From assembly GCA_963826525.1 (NCBI GenBank), contig CAWGXH010000003.1, positions 416,001 to 480,000 of the forward strand: a stretch of 64,000 bases of DNA, in the 5' to 3' direction. Shown here piece by piece: positions 21,456 to 32,795 of this stretch. Each line of letters starts with the position of its first letter. The first letter of the stretch is position 1. The notes beneath the pieces are model-generated. The model did no database searches, was not told the DNA's origin, and saw only the letters and a program-made list of their open reading frames with translations. This stretch comes from an uncultured Methanomicrobiaceae archaeon (GTDB lineage: Archaea > Halobacteriota > Methanomicrobia > Methanomicrobiales > Methanoculleaceae). The position numbers were made by a program, and so were the translations under genes.

Positions 21456-21674
21456 CAGTCGCGAGTGTCATGGTACGGCCGTCCCCAGCGTTCTTTCTTC
21501 GCCATGAAAGACCGGCAGGGGCGACCGGCATCTTCTCTTTTGCGGTCGGGCGACCAGAATTATTCAACACGGCAATGAGCGCTATAACCTTCGTTCCTCG
21601 GCTTGATCTCTCCGGAGATAAGCGATCGTGGTCAGGGTGATGAGGTAGCCATGCTATTACTGTCTGGCATCATG

Positions 21675-23242
21675 CTATTCCCCATGAACTATGTCACTCT
21701 TTTCTCTTTTCTGAGAATTTCGTTACCCTTTTCAGTCAGGCGGTATTTCTGCGTCGGACTTTTTGGTGAATCCGGCTGTGTCATCTCAACAAGCCCTGCC
21801 TGAATTGCCGGCTTTAGGTAATCATACAGAAATGTGGGGCGGTGGCTGAGATCCAGGCATTGCATGGCATCTTTTCCTCCAAGAGGTTTTGTGTTCAGGC
21901 AGACCAGAAGGCGTCTTACTTGTTCGGTTACTTGTTCGGTTACTTGTTCGGTTACTTGTTCGGTTACTTGTTCGGTTACTTGTTCGGTTACTTGTTCGGT
22001 TACTTGTTCGGTTACTTGTTCGGTTATTGTTCGTCATTACTTGTTCGGTTACTTGTTCGCCAATATCCTCTGCGACTTCGTCCCCGTCGGGATATTCTCC
22101 TCCAAAAAAACTGTAAAACGAACTTTCATCCCAATTTCTTCGATCACAGGCTCAGGTAAGTTCTGCTTCTCTGCTTCGTCAAGAATCCGGCGAAACCCGC
22201 TGCCCCACTGTTCGATAAGCCCGAGCTCCCGAAACACACGGGCGATCACACGGTTGCGAATCTTGGATACACCCTGCCTGACGTCCTCAATGGTCATGCC
22301 TGGAAGCAAAATGCCAGGGTTTTCTATCTCTACCCGGTCATCATAGATGGCAACCCGCAGAGGTGCACCGATCTGGGAATAATCTGCATGCACTATGGCA
22401 TTGATAACCGCTTCACGCACAATGATCATGGGAATGCTCCAGACATCGCGACGGCGGATTTCGGATAAGTCTGCCCCTCTCATTGCATGCTTTTTTATAA
22501 ACTCAATGACACGCTCGACGGCGATAGGCAGGTGCTCATGAATCTCGGTGTGATCAAAGATGACATTCTTTGTCTGTACCTGCAAAACGCCCGCATTGAA
22601 TCCAGGCATCCGGGAAGTGTTCCTCACGGTCTCTTCCGAAGAGTAGCACCCCGCCGATGGTCGGAACCAACTTTCCCTGCACCGGTGTGAGCAGTCTCAG
22701 CGTGAGCAGCCCCTTTTCGTTTAACTCCCGCTGTCCTTCAAACAGTGCTCGTGCGGCCGTAAGGTCTAGCGCATCTGCAGTCAGCTCAGGCAGTGGCAAC
22801 TCATCAAAGGCCGTTCCTGTAACACTGCGTTCCAGCTCCGCGGTAAGTTGCCTATCGGCTTTCCTGTTCGTTGAACCAAGGCGGACATACACGCCATCTG
22901 CAGAACCTTCTTTCTTTATCCAGTGGGGGCGCGAACTGCTGGGGTACACCTCCACCCCCAGCAGGGCCTTATCTTCAATTGCAATCAGTTCAACATTGGG
23001 CACAAGCCGTGGCTCGATACTGTCAGCAATAAGATTACACAGCCGCTCTTCTTCATCCAGCGGGTTTTCAACTCCCAAAACTTCCCTTGAACCGTCTTCC
23101 ACTCCGATGAAAGCTGTCCGCCGGCTGTGTTGGCAAATGCAACCAGTGTTTTCAGGATATTCCTGGGAGATGAAAGGTCTCGTTTGAACTCCAGCGTTTT
23201 GCCTTCGGGCATTGAAATCAGCTGGGCGATGGGGAGACTCAT
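21675..23242 (-). CDS. AlbA_2 (Schlafen-like) + HATPase_c_4 + EQVT-repeat linker + Fic-C-type wHTH protein; several indels
   Basis: EGKTLEFKR...KTLVAFANTAGG; REAVINAIVHADYS; IEQWGSG; C-terminal YLKPAIQAGLVEMTQPDSPKSPTQKYRLT to the stop at 21675; RBS AGGAGGAGG. Confidence 0.8.
21916..22059. repeat. 12-bp tandem repeat TTACTTGTTCGG (9 perfect, 1 degenerate 13-nt unit, 2 more)
   Basis: Read directly; encodes (EQVT)n on the minus strand. Confidence 0.95.
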
Positions 23243-24361
23243 TGAGCCTCCTCCTGGATAGCCTTGCCGGGTTGAGGGTACTTCACCTAGAGAACGAGAA
23301 CTTGCTGTTCCAATTCTTTCACGATATGGATGAAGAGAAACCGGCTTGCTGTCTGCGTTGCTATCTTCATACTTCGCACGACAGCAAGCACCCCTATAAT
23401 TTTCCGAATGAACTGAGTTCCCAGCAGTTGCTGCTGTACCAAATGCAATTCCCGTGACCACACTACCCCTATGGATCATACATTCGATCATCGTTCTATC
23501 AAGCCAATTGATCTGTTCTCTCATCGTCTCGTATGAAGAAATGAACATCCGACTCCACATGGGTAGTGCCTCAATTCTCTGTAGTTTGGTTAAGCCCTGT
23601 ATCCTTGCCAGATCATTCCTTCTCCATTGTCAAATACCTTCTGCCGGAAATTCCACTCCCTGATGATACCCCATCAAACAGGAACCTGTCAGCATAAAGA
23701 GTGATTTCTCGTTGGGAATGCCTCTACTACCGTGGTTCTCCGTATCAACTTCATGTTGCCCTTTTCCATCAGGTTCATTGTTCAAATTCGTCTCCAACGC
23801 CTTTCTACGGAGTTTCCCGAAGTAACCCGGATGAACATTTGATGAAAAGAGCAGGTGAAGGAAGTGAAGTGCCGTGTTGCACAAATCCGCCGGAGGGTAA
23901 TTTCCCACTATTACTGTCGTGCATTCGTTCAGGTCACCATGATAATTAGCGTGTTATTGCGTTTTTTTTCGTCATGACTCAGCGCAGTATCTGCTCCTGG
24001 AAATTAGGCCTCACACCTCCTCAGAAAATCCTTTTCACGATGGAGAAGGGTCATTCGATCTGCTATCTCATCCCAGCTGGTTACCAGCGGCAGTACCCTG
24101 ATATCCTCCACATCTGATTCGTTCTCTGATGCATTCGACACGATAGGCCGACCCGGTCGACTGGTCGAGGTATCGGCCTGTGTCTTGATACTGGAAAGGC
24201 TATTCCGTTTTTCGGATAGTGAGGAGAGCGTTTTGGTCGTATGCACGGCCTGCTCCTCACCGCGGTGTTGCGGGGCGAGGGCTGCCCACCGGCGCCGGTC
24301 TCTCACGATGGAGATCTGCGGTCAGGGGAGGAAAATGGATGTGAAATGTCCTGGACAGGAT

Positions 24362-24615
24362 CACCGCCACGTGATCTTCGCACCACCCCTCGCCTGGATG
24401 CGCCGGAATCGGTACTTCGGGTAGCCTCATCATCGCGTAATGTGACCGATGCCCGGGTGGAAGCATGAGTTCTCCAGCCACGTTGGGCGAGAGGCATCCA
24501 CCGCAATCTGCACGAATCCCGCCCGGCAGGTCCCAAGATCGAAGGCCGGGGCTGCAAGATCGAGGTACGCCATGGTGATTATCGAATCGATGAACGCGGA
24601 GGGCTCGTCCCAATG
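24362..24615 (-). pseudogene. Nitroreductase-family C-terminal fragment
   Basis: DSIITMAYLDLAAPAFDLGTCRAGFVQ...GYPKYRFRRI..R..AKITW with stops; cut off where the WADG tail and 280-bp element begin. Confidence 0.55.
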
Positions 24616-24666
24616 GGCCTGGGCGGACGGGGTACTTACCCCGGGGTGAGGGGAAACCACCCTCCT

Positions 24667-24946
24667 TCCGTCCTGAACGAAGTGCAAATCGCCGCCCTTT
24701 TTCGATTCTAACGAAGTTTCCCGATCCCGGATCCCGCCGCGAAAATTAACCGGAGCATATCGCCCCGATTCCCGAAAATCGGCAGTATCGCAGACCTATA
24801 CCGGCGATATGAGCGGGGGTAATTTTCAGAGGGTGGATACCCTGCCTCGCCTCGAGATCGGCCGCCTGTGGGCTTCTGTGAGGGTCGAAATTCCTCCGGA
24901 TTCGCCCCGGATTGTGGGCATTTAAGCATTGCTTAACCGAAACGGA
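24667..24946. mobile_element. 280-bp dispersed element, copy B
   Basis: TCCGTCCTGAA...AACCGAAACGGA, exactly 280 bp, with the same hairpin and WADG tail upstream. Confidence 0.7.
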
Positions 24947-25167
24947 AAGGAAGATTGGCCTCTACAGAACTTCTGGTGATGTAGAGTGAGAATGACGAGC
25001 CTCTTCTGGCAGCGAATGAGCACCTCATACAAGGTACGAGACGAAAGAATGAGAAATCCGCCCTCCTGTTCACGCCGGGCAGATATGCCCCTACCACATT
25101 CTCCAAAAGAAAACACATAATTTTGGTCGCCGCGAAGGTCCTCCTGACATCTCTGCGAGGATTATGC

Positions 25168-25791
25168 ATGGAGAAAATGAAAAATATTTCAGAATGGCTC
25201 TATTCCTACTGGCCTTGCGCCCTTCCGTTTCTGGCAGCGTATTCGCTCATGTTCATCTTTCTCTTTGTATATCCTCTCACGCTGCCGGTTTTTCTCATCT
25301 GGCTTTGCATTCCGGTCTATTTTATCCATGAGTTTGAGGAATACATATATCCCGGCGGTTTTGATGATTATACCAACCGTCTCTTGCAGAGACATTCGGG
25401 GCTCGATGACAACGAGTGCGTGCTGACGCCGAGAGCAGCCTACTGGATAAACGTAGGCATCATCTGGTTCTTGTTTCCCTCATCGGCAGTGCTCTCCACG
25501 CTCTATGATCCTGGTTTCGGGGTCTGGGTAGCCTGGCTGACCGTGGTAAACGGCGTTCTCCATATTTTCCGGGCAGTACAGTCTCGAGAGTATAACCCCG
25601 GCCTTGCAGCGAGCATCGTTTTAAATCTCCCGGTCGGTATCGCAGCAGTTATTGTGCTTGCAGGAGTAGTGCCCCTCTGGATCGTTCTTCTGTCACTGCT
25701 TTTCGCAGTGTTCCTGATGGCTGTCATGATCGTCTATTTTGTGGCAAGGATCAGGCATTTGGAGAAGATTGGCAATGGGGATCTGCCATGA
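25168..25791 (+). CDS. HXXEE domain membrane protein
   Basis: YFIHEFEEYIYPGGF, WINV, N..LH, YNPGL; about 6 TM segments. Confidence 0.85.
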   Translation: MEKMKNISEWLYSYWPCALPFLAAYSLMFIFLFVYPLTLPVFLIWLCIPVYFIHEFEEYIYPGGFDDYTNRLLQRHSGLDDNECVLTPRAAYWINVGIIWFLFPSSAVLSTLYDPGFGVWVAWLTVVNGVLHIFRAVQSREYNPGLAASIVLNLPVGIAAVIVLAGVVPLWIVLLSLLFAVFLMAVMIVYFVARIRHLEKIGNGDLP

Positions 25792-26074
25792 TACCCGGAA
25801 TGAAGTCCTATTAACATATTTTCGGACCCGGAACAGATCATTCATTATCACATCACGGCCATTCACACGTTGACGCATGGGGTTTCCGGCCTCTTCTGAT
25901 TGCGGGTGTTGCATAAATATTGAAAACCGTTGCTGCTCCCTCAAATTGCCTATTCAAGACCTGTGAACCCAGATTGGGAGAACCCGTAAAGAACCTATAA
26001 CTATGCTTCTTTTGGACATTGAGATGCTATACTGCTGTTTTCACTACCCTCAGGTAGGTATTATGCAACACAGC

Positions 26075-26140
26075 AGCACTACACATAGTCTCATATCCTC
26101 AACCATCAATCCCGGGAAAGTATACGTAATTGTCATACAA
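26075..26140 (-). pseudogene. Fourth hicB remnant: promoter plus the first ~7 codons
   Basis: AGCACTACACATAGTCTCAT...TCAATCCCGGGAAAGTATACGTAATTG matches the 5' region of copy 1. Confidence 0.65.
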
Positions 26141-26187
26141 CGCGACGTCCCACAACGGTATTGATGCCGCTCGATGACCGCGACGCC

Positions 26188-27357
26188 TCACCTCCGGCGA
26201 AGGATCGCCCCCATCCCGAGCATGGCAACCACTCCTATAATCCCGAACCCGGGCGCCTCCCTCGCTCCCGCAGCAGCTGCCGCGGCCGTTGTCGCCGGCA
26301 CGACCTCGAGCTCGATCGTCGTGTTCGTCTGCTCTACGAGCGCCCCGGTCGTATTGTATCCACTCACGGAGAGCAGCCATGTCCCCGCCGGCATCGCTGT
26401 GGTGTCTGCAAATGCGTGCCCGAACTCATAATTGGCGTATCCCATAAACCCGCCGTCGAACTCCCGGACGAGGCAGCCGGAGAAGGTGAATGTTCCGAGC
26501 GTTCCGTTCTCGTACACGTAGGTGAGGATCTGATCGTCGGGGGTGAAGCGGTAGGCACTGCCGGCGCTCGTCAGCGTGGTTGCAATCGGCCGGGTCACCC
26601 CGTAGAACGTCAGATTCTCCCCCTGCGTGATCCGAACGCAGAGCGGCGTCGTATCGACGATCATTCGGCTATCGGCGGCGACCGGTACTGAAAGAGTTGT
26701 CCCGGACGGGTTCGCTTGTGATCTCGACGCGGGTGAACACGATCCGGGTTTCGTCGGGATACGGCACGAGACTGCCGCTCACCGACACCGCTTCGCCGGT
26801 TGCCCGGTCAACCCACACCAGCGACGGCGGCACCTCCGTCGGCACTGCCCCCGATCAGGTATCCGCCGGAGGGGTCAGGCACGATCGTCCGGATCGCCGT
26901 CCAGCGAAGAAGCACCTTCTCCCACTGCACCGTGCCGTTCGCATCGAGGCAGAGAAATGTCCCGGAACTGCCGGTGACGGCAAGTCCGCCGACCGGTGCC
27001 GGAGCGGCACTGCCGACGGCCATATCCGGGATCGATAGTGTCCGTTTCCGACAAGCGAGCCGTTCGCATCAGCATCGCCAGAAAGGACGGGGTATACTGA
27101 AATTTCCGCCCACCGGTATCGTCTGCCCGGTGACGGCGTAGCTCGTTCGGCATCGGGGTTACCGACACGGAATCGTATCGCGCCCAAGGAGAGACGGGTC
27201 TGCCGCGCGACGGTTCCGTTCGGTCGAGTTTGATCACTGAGGCGTCGCGGGAGAATGCGTCCGGGAGATCGATCCCGGGCGAGGACGACCCGAAGAGGCA
27301 CCCGGAGACCAGGACGACTCCGACGAGCAGCCCGATGGCCGGCAAAGCGTATCGCAT
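26188..27357 (-). CDS. Surface protein with a C-terminal PGF-CTERM sorting signal; frameshifted, apparently with an N-terminal lipobox
   Basis: APGFGIIGVVAMLGMGAILRRR*; MRYALPAIGLLVGVVLVSGC at 27357. Joining the two across indels is inferred. Confidence 0.6.
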
Positions 27358-27383
27358 ATACGTCTGCTTTCTTCCGGCCATCG

Positions 27384-27736
27384 AATAACCTTCTCCTTTT
27401 TCTCTCGCCCGGAAGCAGCCGTCGGCGGATATGGCGCGGAGTGACCCAGGGTTCTTCTTCCACATCGGCGAAAAAATAAAGATGGATTTCGGTAACCGAT
27501 CCGTTTGCATCGAAGCTCATATCGAACATCGCAGGCCTCGCCGTTCGGTTGTCAAACGGGATCTCGCTCGCCATGACTTCCCGGATCTCAAGGATCGGGG
27601 GATTGTATTGCTCCGTCGGCAGGAGCGGCACGGTATCGTAATCGACGGTCTCGTAGCCGGGCGGGACGTAGAGGGCACGCCCGAACGCGAATGCCACCGC
27701 GATGATGACGCCGACCGCACACCGCCGGGTCTTCAT
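27384..27736 (-). CDS. Exported hypothetical protein (3' end uncertain)
   Basis: N-terminal hydrophobic segment MKTRRCAVGVIIAVAFAFG; overlaps the upstream stop. Confidence 0.35.
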
Positions 27737-29332
27737 GCGGCCGTGCTCCCGGCGATGAGATAACCTCCGCCTCCGGTGCCGATACCGCGAATCGTGTGCA
27801 GGTCGGTATCGAGCGCCCGCTCCTGCCGCCGGACCTCGATGCCCGCGATATCGCGGAGAACAAGCGTGATGCCCGCTTCATCGGTAACGACCGAGAGATA
27901 ACCGCCGGACGACGGGATCACGATCCCGCCGTCGTCCTCGACCGCATGGAACTCCGTCACGTCGCCTTTCTCGTCCAGGGTAAATGCGTAGCCCTGATGC
28001 GCCGATGCGACGCTGCCCCAGAGGTTTTTCGGGAATGTTGTCGATCGGTAGAGCACGCTGAACCGTCCCGGCGCCGTCTCCCGGGCACCCAGGAGTTCGT
28101 CTGTTCCTTCGCTCCCGAAATCCCGTTTCCAGAGGACGGTGCCGTTCCCGTCGAGAAGGATAGCCTGCAGGTACGTTTCGAAATGGTCTCCGACAAAGAC
28201 GTTTCTTCCCTCCGAGAAGACGAGCATGCCCCCTTTCGAGGTCGGGTAGATCGGATGATATCCGATACTGCCCGCGGCGTTGACGAGGGCTGCCAGAGCC
28301 GGATGCCGCCGTCGCTGTTGCAGGTAACCTGATCTTCCCGTGCCGCGACGTATCGATGGCCGGAAAGAGCGACCAGGGAGACGGATGTCATTCCCCGGCT
28401 CTCGTTGACAAGAGACCGTCTCAGCGCGTCTCTCCCCCGGCATCGGTGCGGATGATCTCGGGGGTCTCCGTTGCCATCAGAAACCCGTTGCCGGGCACTG
28501 GTATGAGCGCCGTCGGCCGGCCGTATCCTGTTTTGACAGCCGTTCGGCCACTGACGTTCCCGTGTTCATCGTATTCGAGGACGTGCACCGTGTTCTCCTC
28601 CTGACCGTATTCCGTGACCGCAAGAGCATAGCCGTCCCGGTATTCGGCCAGTGCGTCGGGCTGACGTAGGCATCGAGATAATCCGTGTCTCCCACTGGAT
28701 ATCGCCTGCAGCGGAGACCTTGAGGATCCGGACATCCGTCTGGACTGCGGGCGATCCGCCGGAGTAGGGTGCGGGGGGGATGACGCCTGCGGCGATTCCG
28801 GCCATCGCCAGGAGCGGCGGGACGGCGATGATCAGGGCGGCGACTGCCGCAACCGGGAGAAGGTTCTTATGGCCCCCCGTTTGCTCCCTCTCGAGGAAGA
28901 GGCGACCAGCCCTCCGACTGCGGCCACCAGCATCGCGCCGCCGACGAGCAGAAGAACCTGGAGCCACGTCATGAGGAGCGATTGAACGAGGTATACGGGG
29001 TTTTGTACGAACAGCAGGCTGCGGGCGACGATCATGGCAGTGAGACCGGTCAGGGCGGCAGCGAGTGTCCCGGTGCGCCGCAGAGGTGTATCGACGAAGT
29101 ACGCGGTGACGAATCCTGCGACGAAGAGAACCAGCAGGAAGGAGACAGATTCATGCGTGACCCCGATTCCCAGCAGACTCTGGTTGTAAGCGGACAGGCC
29201 GCTCCAACCGCGTGAGAGCGCCTCAACAACCCCGAGGAGGGTTATCCCTGCGAGGAGGCCGATACCTGCCGCAACACCGACGATGCGGGGGGCGGGCATC
29301 CCCCCGTTCGCCGTCTTCTCCATCCCCGCCAT
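27733..29332 (-). CDS. Membrane-anchored protein with multi-TM N-terminus and beta-propeller-like extracellular region; multiple indels
   Basis: ORFs 28832-29332, 28566-28967, 28421-28735 and 27733-28443 are collinear, with repeated D..G...W and GGY motifs. Confidence 0.5.
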
Positions 29333-30804
29333 AGCAGGAACTGGGACGCGAGATTATATACGGTTTCTGTGCCGATCGTCTCGCCGATCTGCTGCAGCCG
29401 GCCGGGAACGGCTGCGGCAAAAACGCAAAGGTCAAGGTATCCCGCTCTCGTCGTCGGGCTCCCTTCCACTGGCCGGCGAAGCAGGAGGCGGATCTCCCGG
29501 ACAACCCTCTCCCCTTCCGGGGTATCCTCGATGAGGTAAAGGACCGAACCTGTTAGCAGGATACCGATACCGAGCAGGATGATCGGCGGTGCGAGGGTAA
29601 AGAGCATCGCCACGCAGGATGCAGCGCCCAGCAGCGGGAAGAGTATCCCGAGCGGAATGGCAAAATAGCTCTTCTCCGGAGGAACCAGCGCCTCATGCCT
29701 CACCAGAATGAGGGCGCTTATGTTCACGAGCGCCATGGTGACGAGGATCGTAACGTTGGTGAGTTCTACGATGAAGGAGAGATTCCCGATCAGAATGAGG
29801 ATGAGCACAAGGCCGGCTCCGAGCAGGATGGAATTGATCGGCTGGTCGTTACGGATCCGGGCAAATCGTCCCGGGATCTGCTTTTCGCTCGCCATCTCCA
29901 GGATGATTCTGGAGGCTCCGATGATATTGGCATTCGCGGACGAGAGCGTCGAGAAGAGCGCTCCCAGCGCGACGATAATCCCGCCGATGGTTCCGAAGAG
30001 GACAACCGATGCGTCAAAAACACTCTCGCTCCCGTACGAGGGGAGCCGTGCCGCGAGCAGTGCAACGACGACCCCCGTATATATCAGTGCCACGATGCCG
30101 ATGGAAGCAAGAGTGGCACGTGGCACACTCTTCGAGGACTCCTTCACCTCTCCGCCCATCATGGCCACGACCTGAAACCCGATGTAGGCGAAAAAGACCA
30201 ACGTCACCCCCTGCAGCATCCCGCTTATACCTCCCGGGAAGAGCGGCTCGAAATCGGAGATGCGAATATGGACGAGCCCGACCAGTATCAGGGCAACGAG
30301 GATTGCCACTTTCGAGGCGACAAGGGCTACTTCGATCTTCCCCGCCTCCGCGATCCCCCTGAGGTTGAGCGCCGTGAGCAGCACAAGGGCGGCGATGGCG
30401 CCGTATCGCGGGTCGAAATTCGTTCCAATCAGCAAATTCGCATAGATCCCGAATCCGAGGAGAACGAAGGCAGTGGCGATGGTGACGCTGATATACATCG
30501 CCCACCCCGCAAGAAATCCCGGGTAGGATCCGAGGATACGCCGGGCGTAGAGGTAGCCGCCCCCATCCTCGGGATAAATGCTGGCGAGCGCTGCATAGGA
30601 GAGGCCCGAGAAGACAACGATGAGACCGCAGAGGAGGTAGGAGAACACCGCCGAGGGGCCGGCGATATGTACGATGAGGCCGCTCAGCACGAAAACCCCG
30701 GCGCCCACCATATTCCCTACCGCAAACGCGATAGCAGCGTAGATACTCAATCCTTTAGTCCTCGTTGCTCCGTTCTGCATTGTATTCCCATTCCGGCAGA
30801 TCAT
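29242..30804 (-). CDS. APC family amino acid/polyamine permease (true stop probably near 29450)
   Basis: GNMVGAGVFVLSG, GGGYLY, FFAYIGFQ..A..GGEVK; about 12 TM segments. Confidence 0.88.
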   Translation of the reverse strand: MICRNGNTMQNGATRTKGLSIYAAIAFAVGNMVGAGVFVLSGLIVHIAGPSAVFSYLLCGLIVVFSGLSYAALASIYPEDGGGYLYARRILGSYPGFLAGWAMYISVTIATAFVLLGFGIYANLLIGTNFDPRYGAIAALVLLTALNLRGIAEAGKIEVALVASKVAILVALILVGLVHIRISDFEPLFPGGISGMLQGVTLVFFAYIGFQVVAMMGGEVKESSKSVPRATLASIGIVALIYTGVVVALLAARLPSYGSESVFDASVVLFGTIGGIIVALGALFSTLSSANANIIGASRIILEMASEKQIPGRFARIRNDQPINSILLGAGLVLILILIGNLSFIVELTNVTILVTMALVNISALILVRHEALVPPEKSYFAIPLGILFPLLGAASCVAMLFTLAPPIILLGIGILLTGSVLYLIEDTPEGERVVREIRLLLRRPVEGSPTTRAGYLDLCVFAAAVPGRLQQIGETIGTETVYNLASQFLLWRGWRRRRTGGCPPPASSVLRQVSASSQG

Positions 30805-30880
30805 ACAAAAAAGTTACTGACCCCGCCCGTACCGGCATTCTGTCTTTTCGAACTAAATCGGGAAAGATAGAGTCGCTTGG

Positions 30881-32795
30881 TTAAGGGTTCTGCGAGAGTG
30901 CTGTTCCCCTCTGTTCGGCACGGGCGGCACCACCGCCGCCATGCCCCGCGGCCTCTGCGGCGGCAGTATGATGCGGCCTGACCGTGCCGACGTATCCTAT
31001 GTGAGCAAACGAAACGGCAACGTTCATGATCCCGATATGCGAAAGCGACTGTGGAAAATTACCCGCGTGAATCCCGGTCAGCGGTTCGAGTTCTTCGGCG
31101 TAGAGGCCGAGCGAACTCGCGCGTGCAAGGAGGCTCCGAAACATCTTGTGCGCTTCTTTCTCACGTCCGGCACGTATCAGCGCGTTGATGAGCCAGGTCG
31201 TGCAGGCGACGAAAGATGCCTCCTTCCCGGTCACGCCTTCGGGAGCGCCGACATAGCGATAGCAGAGGCCGTCGACGACGAGATGCTTGAGCGTGGCGTC
31301 TATCGTCGAGAGCATCCGCGGGTCGTTCCCCTCGATGAAATTGATGGTGGAGAGACGCAGGTTCGCGGCATCGAGGTGTTCATCTTCATACGACTGTTTG
31401 AATGCGCCCAATGCATCGCTCCACCCCTTTTCCAATACCTCCTCACGGATCAGGTCGCGTTCCCGGCGCCAACCGCCGACGTCACCCGGGAACTGCATAC
31501 CTTCCGCAATCTCGATCCCGCAGGTGAGGGCGAACCACAGCATGGCTTTGCTGTAGACGAAATGCCGCACGCCGCCCCGGACCTCCCAGAGCCCGCTATC
31601 CCGATCATGCCAGTGAACGGTCACCCAATCGAGCATCTCCCTCACCGTCTCCCAGATCGGTGTCGGATCGGTACTTCCCGATCCGCCAGGCGAAGTGAAT
31701 GGCCCCCATGACTTCTCCGTAGACGTCGAGCTGTTCCTGGACCGCTGCTCCGTTTCCGACTCTCACCGGCCGGGAGTCGCGATACCCCCTGAAATTGTCG
31801 AGTATCTCTTCGGTAGTTCTGCTCTCCGGGACGATGGGATACAGGATCGAGATACCCGTTCCTTTCAATGTGGCCGTACGCACAAGCCAGTCGAAGAACG
31901 GCTGTTCGTCGTCGAGGTAGCCGGCAAGGAGCAGTGCATACAGCGTGAACGATGCATCGCGAATCCAGGTGAAGCGGTAATCCCAGTTCCGCTCACCACC
32001 GAAGGTTTCGGGGAGCGATGTCGTCGGTGCCGCAACGATGGCGCCGGACGGCGCGTAGGTCATCAACTGGAGGGTGAGAGCGCTGCGGATCACGATATCG
32101 CGATACGGCCCCTGGTAGGTGCATCTGCCGCTCCATTTCTGCCAGTAATCGGTCGTCGCTTTCAGGGCGTCTTCCGGAGCAAGCTGCGGCAGGGCAGCAT
32201 CGTCCTCTGTTGCGAGCGTGAATGCTGCCTTTTCACCGGCATGCAGCACGAACCGACAGGTCAGCGCCCCGTTCGAGGCATCCGCCTCCCATGCCGCCGG
32301 CCCGGCGATCGTATAGGTCGCGAACGTCGCCTGGTTCCCGTGGGATGTAAATGCCGGGAGTGTGCGGGCGTAGTTCGGACGGGGCAGACAACGGCAGACG
32401 ATCCCTATCTTCCCGTCGGTGCATTCCGCGAGGCGTACGATCCTGCCGGGGGCCGGAAGCCTGCGGAGCCGTGCAACGCTCTCGATGTCCATGAAGTCCC
32501 GCAGGACTACGGTTCCGGCAGTGCACCGGAATGTCGTTTCAAGGATGTTTGTTGCTGTACGGTACCGGTGCGAACTCTCGAACGGGTCTTCCGGCTGTAT
32601 GCTCCAGTAGCCGCCACGATCCGGATCGAGAATACGGGCAAAGAGCGACGGCGAGTCGAACCGATGGAAGCAGAGCCAGTCGATTGACCCCCTGCTGCTG
32701 ACGAGCGCCGCGGTATGACCGTTCCCGATCACGCCGTAGTCTTCGATTGGTCGGTACCCGTCATCCTCCGGGATCCGGTCGGGCATATCAATCAC
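30881..32795 (-). CDS. Glycoside hydrolase family 15 (trehalase/glucoamylase-like); indel near 31670
   Basis: IEDYGVIGN, SIDWLC..RFDSPS, AAPTTSLPE..GG.RNWDYRFTWIRD, QLDVYGE, GLWEVRG, GLYAEE, GNFPQSLSH. Confidence 0.92.

Noticed and set aside
21834-22346. Plus-strand ORFs with VTCS, YLFG or LLVR repeats
   Set aside because: Shadow frames of the 12-bp repeat; the minus-strand EQVT frame links recognisable domains
23250-24310. Lower-GC stretch with short ORFs
   Set aside because: No motif or consistent frame was recognised; probably decayed foreign DNA, left unannotated
5980-26140. Integron cassette array
   Set aside because: TA-rich, but there is no IntI-like integrase and no recognisable attC sites, and gene orientations are mixed
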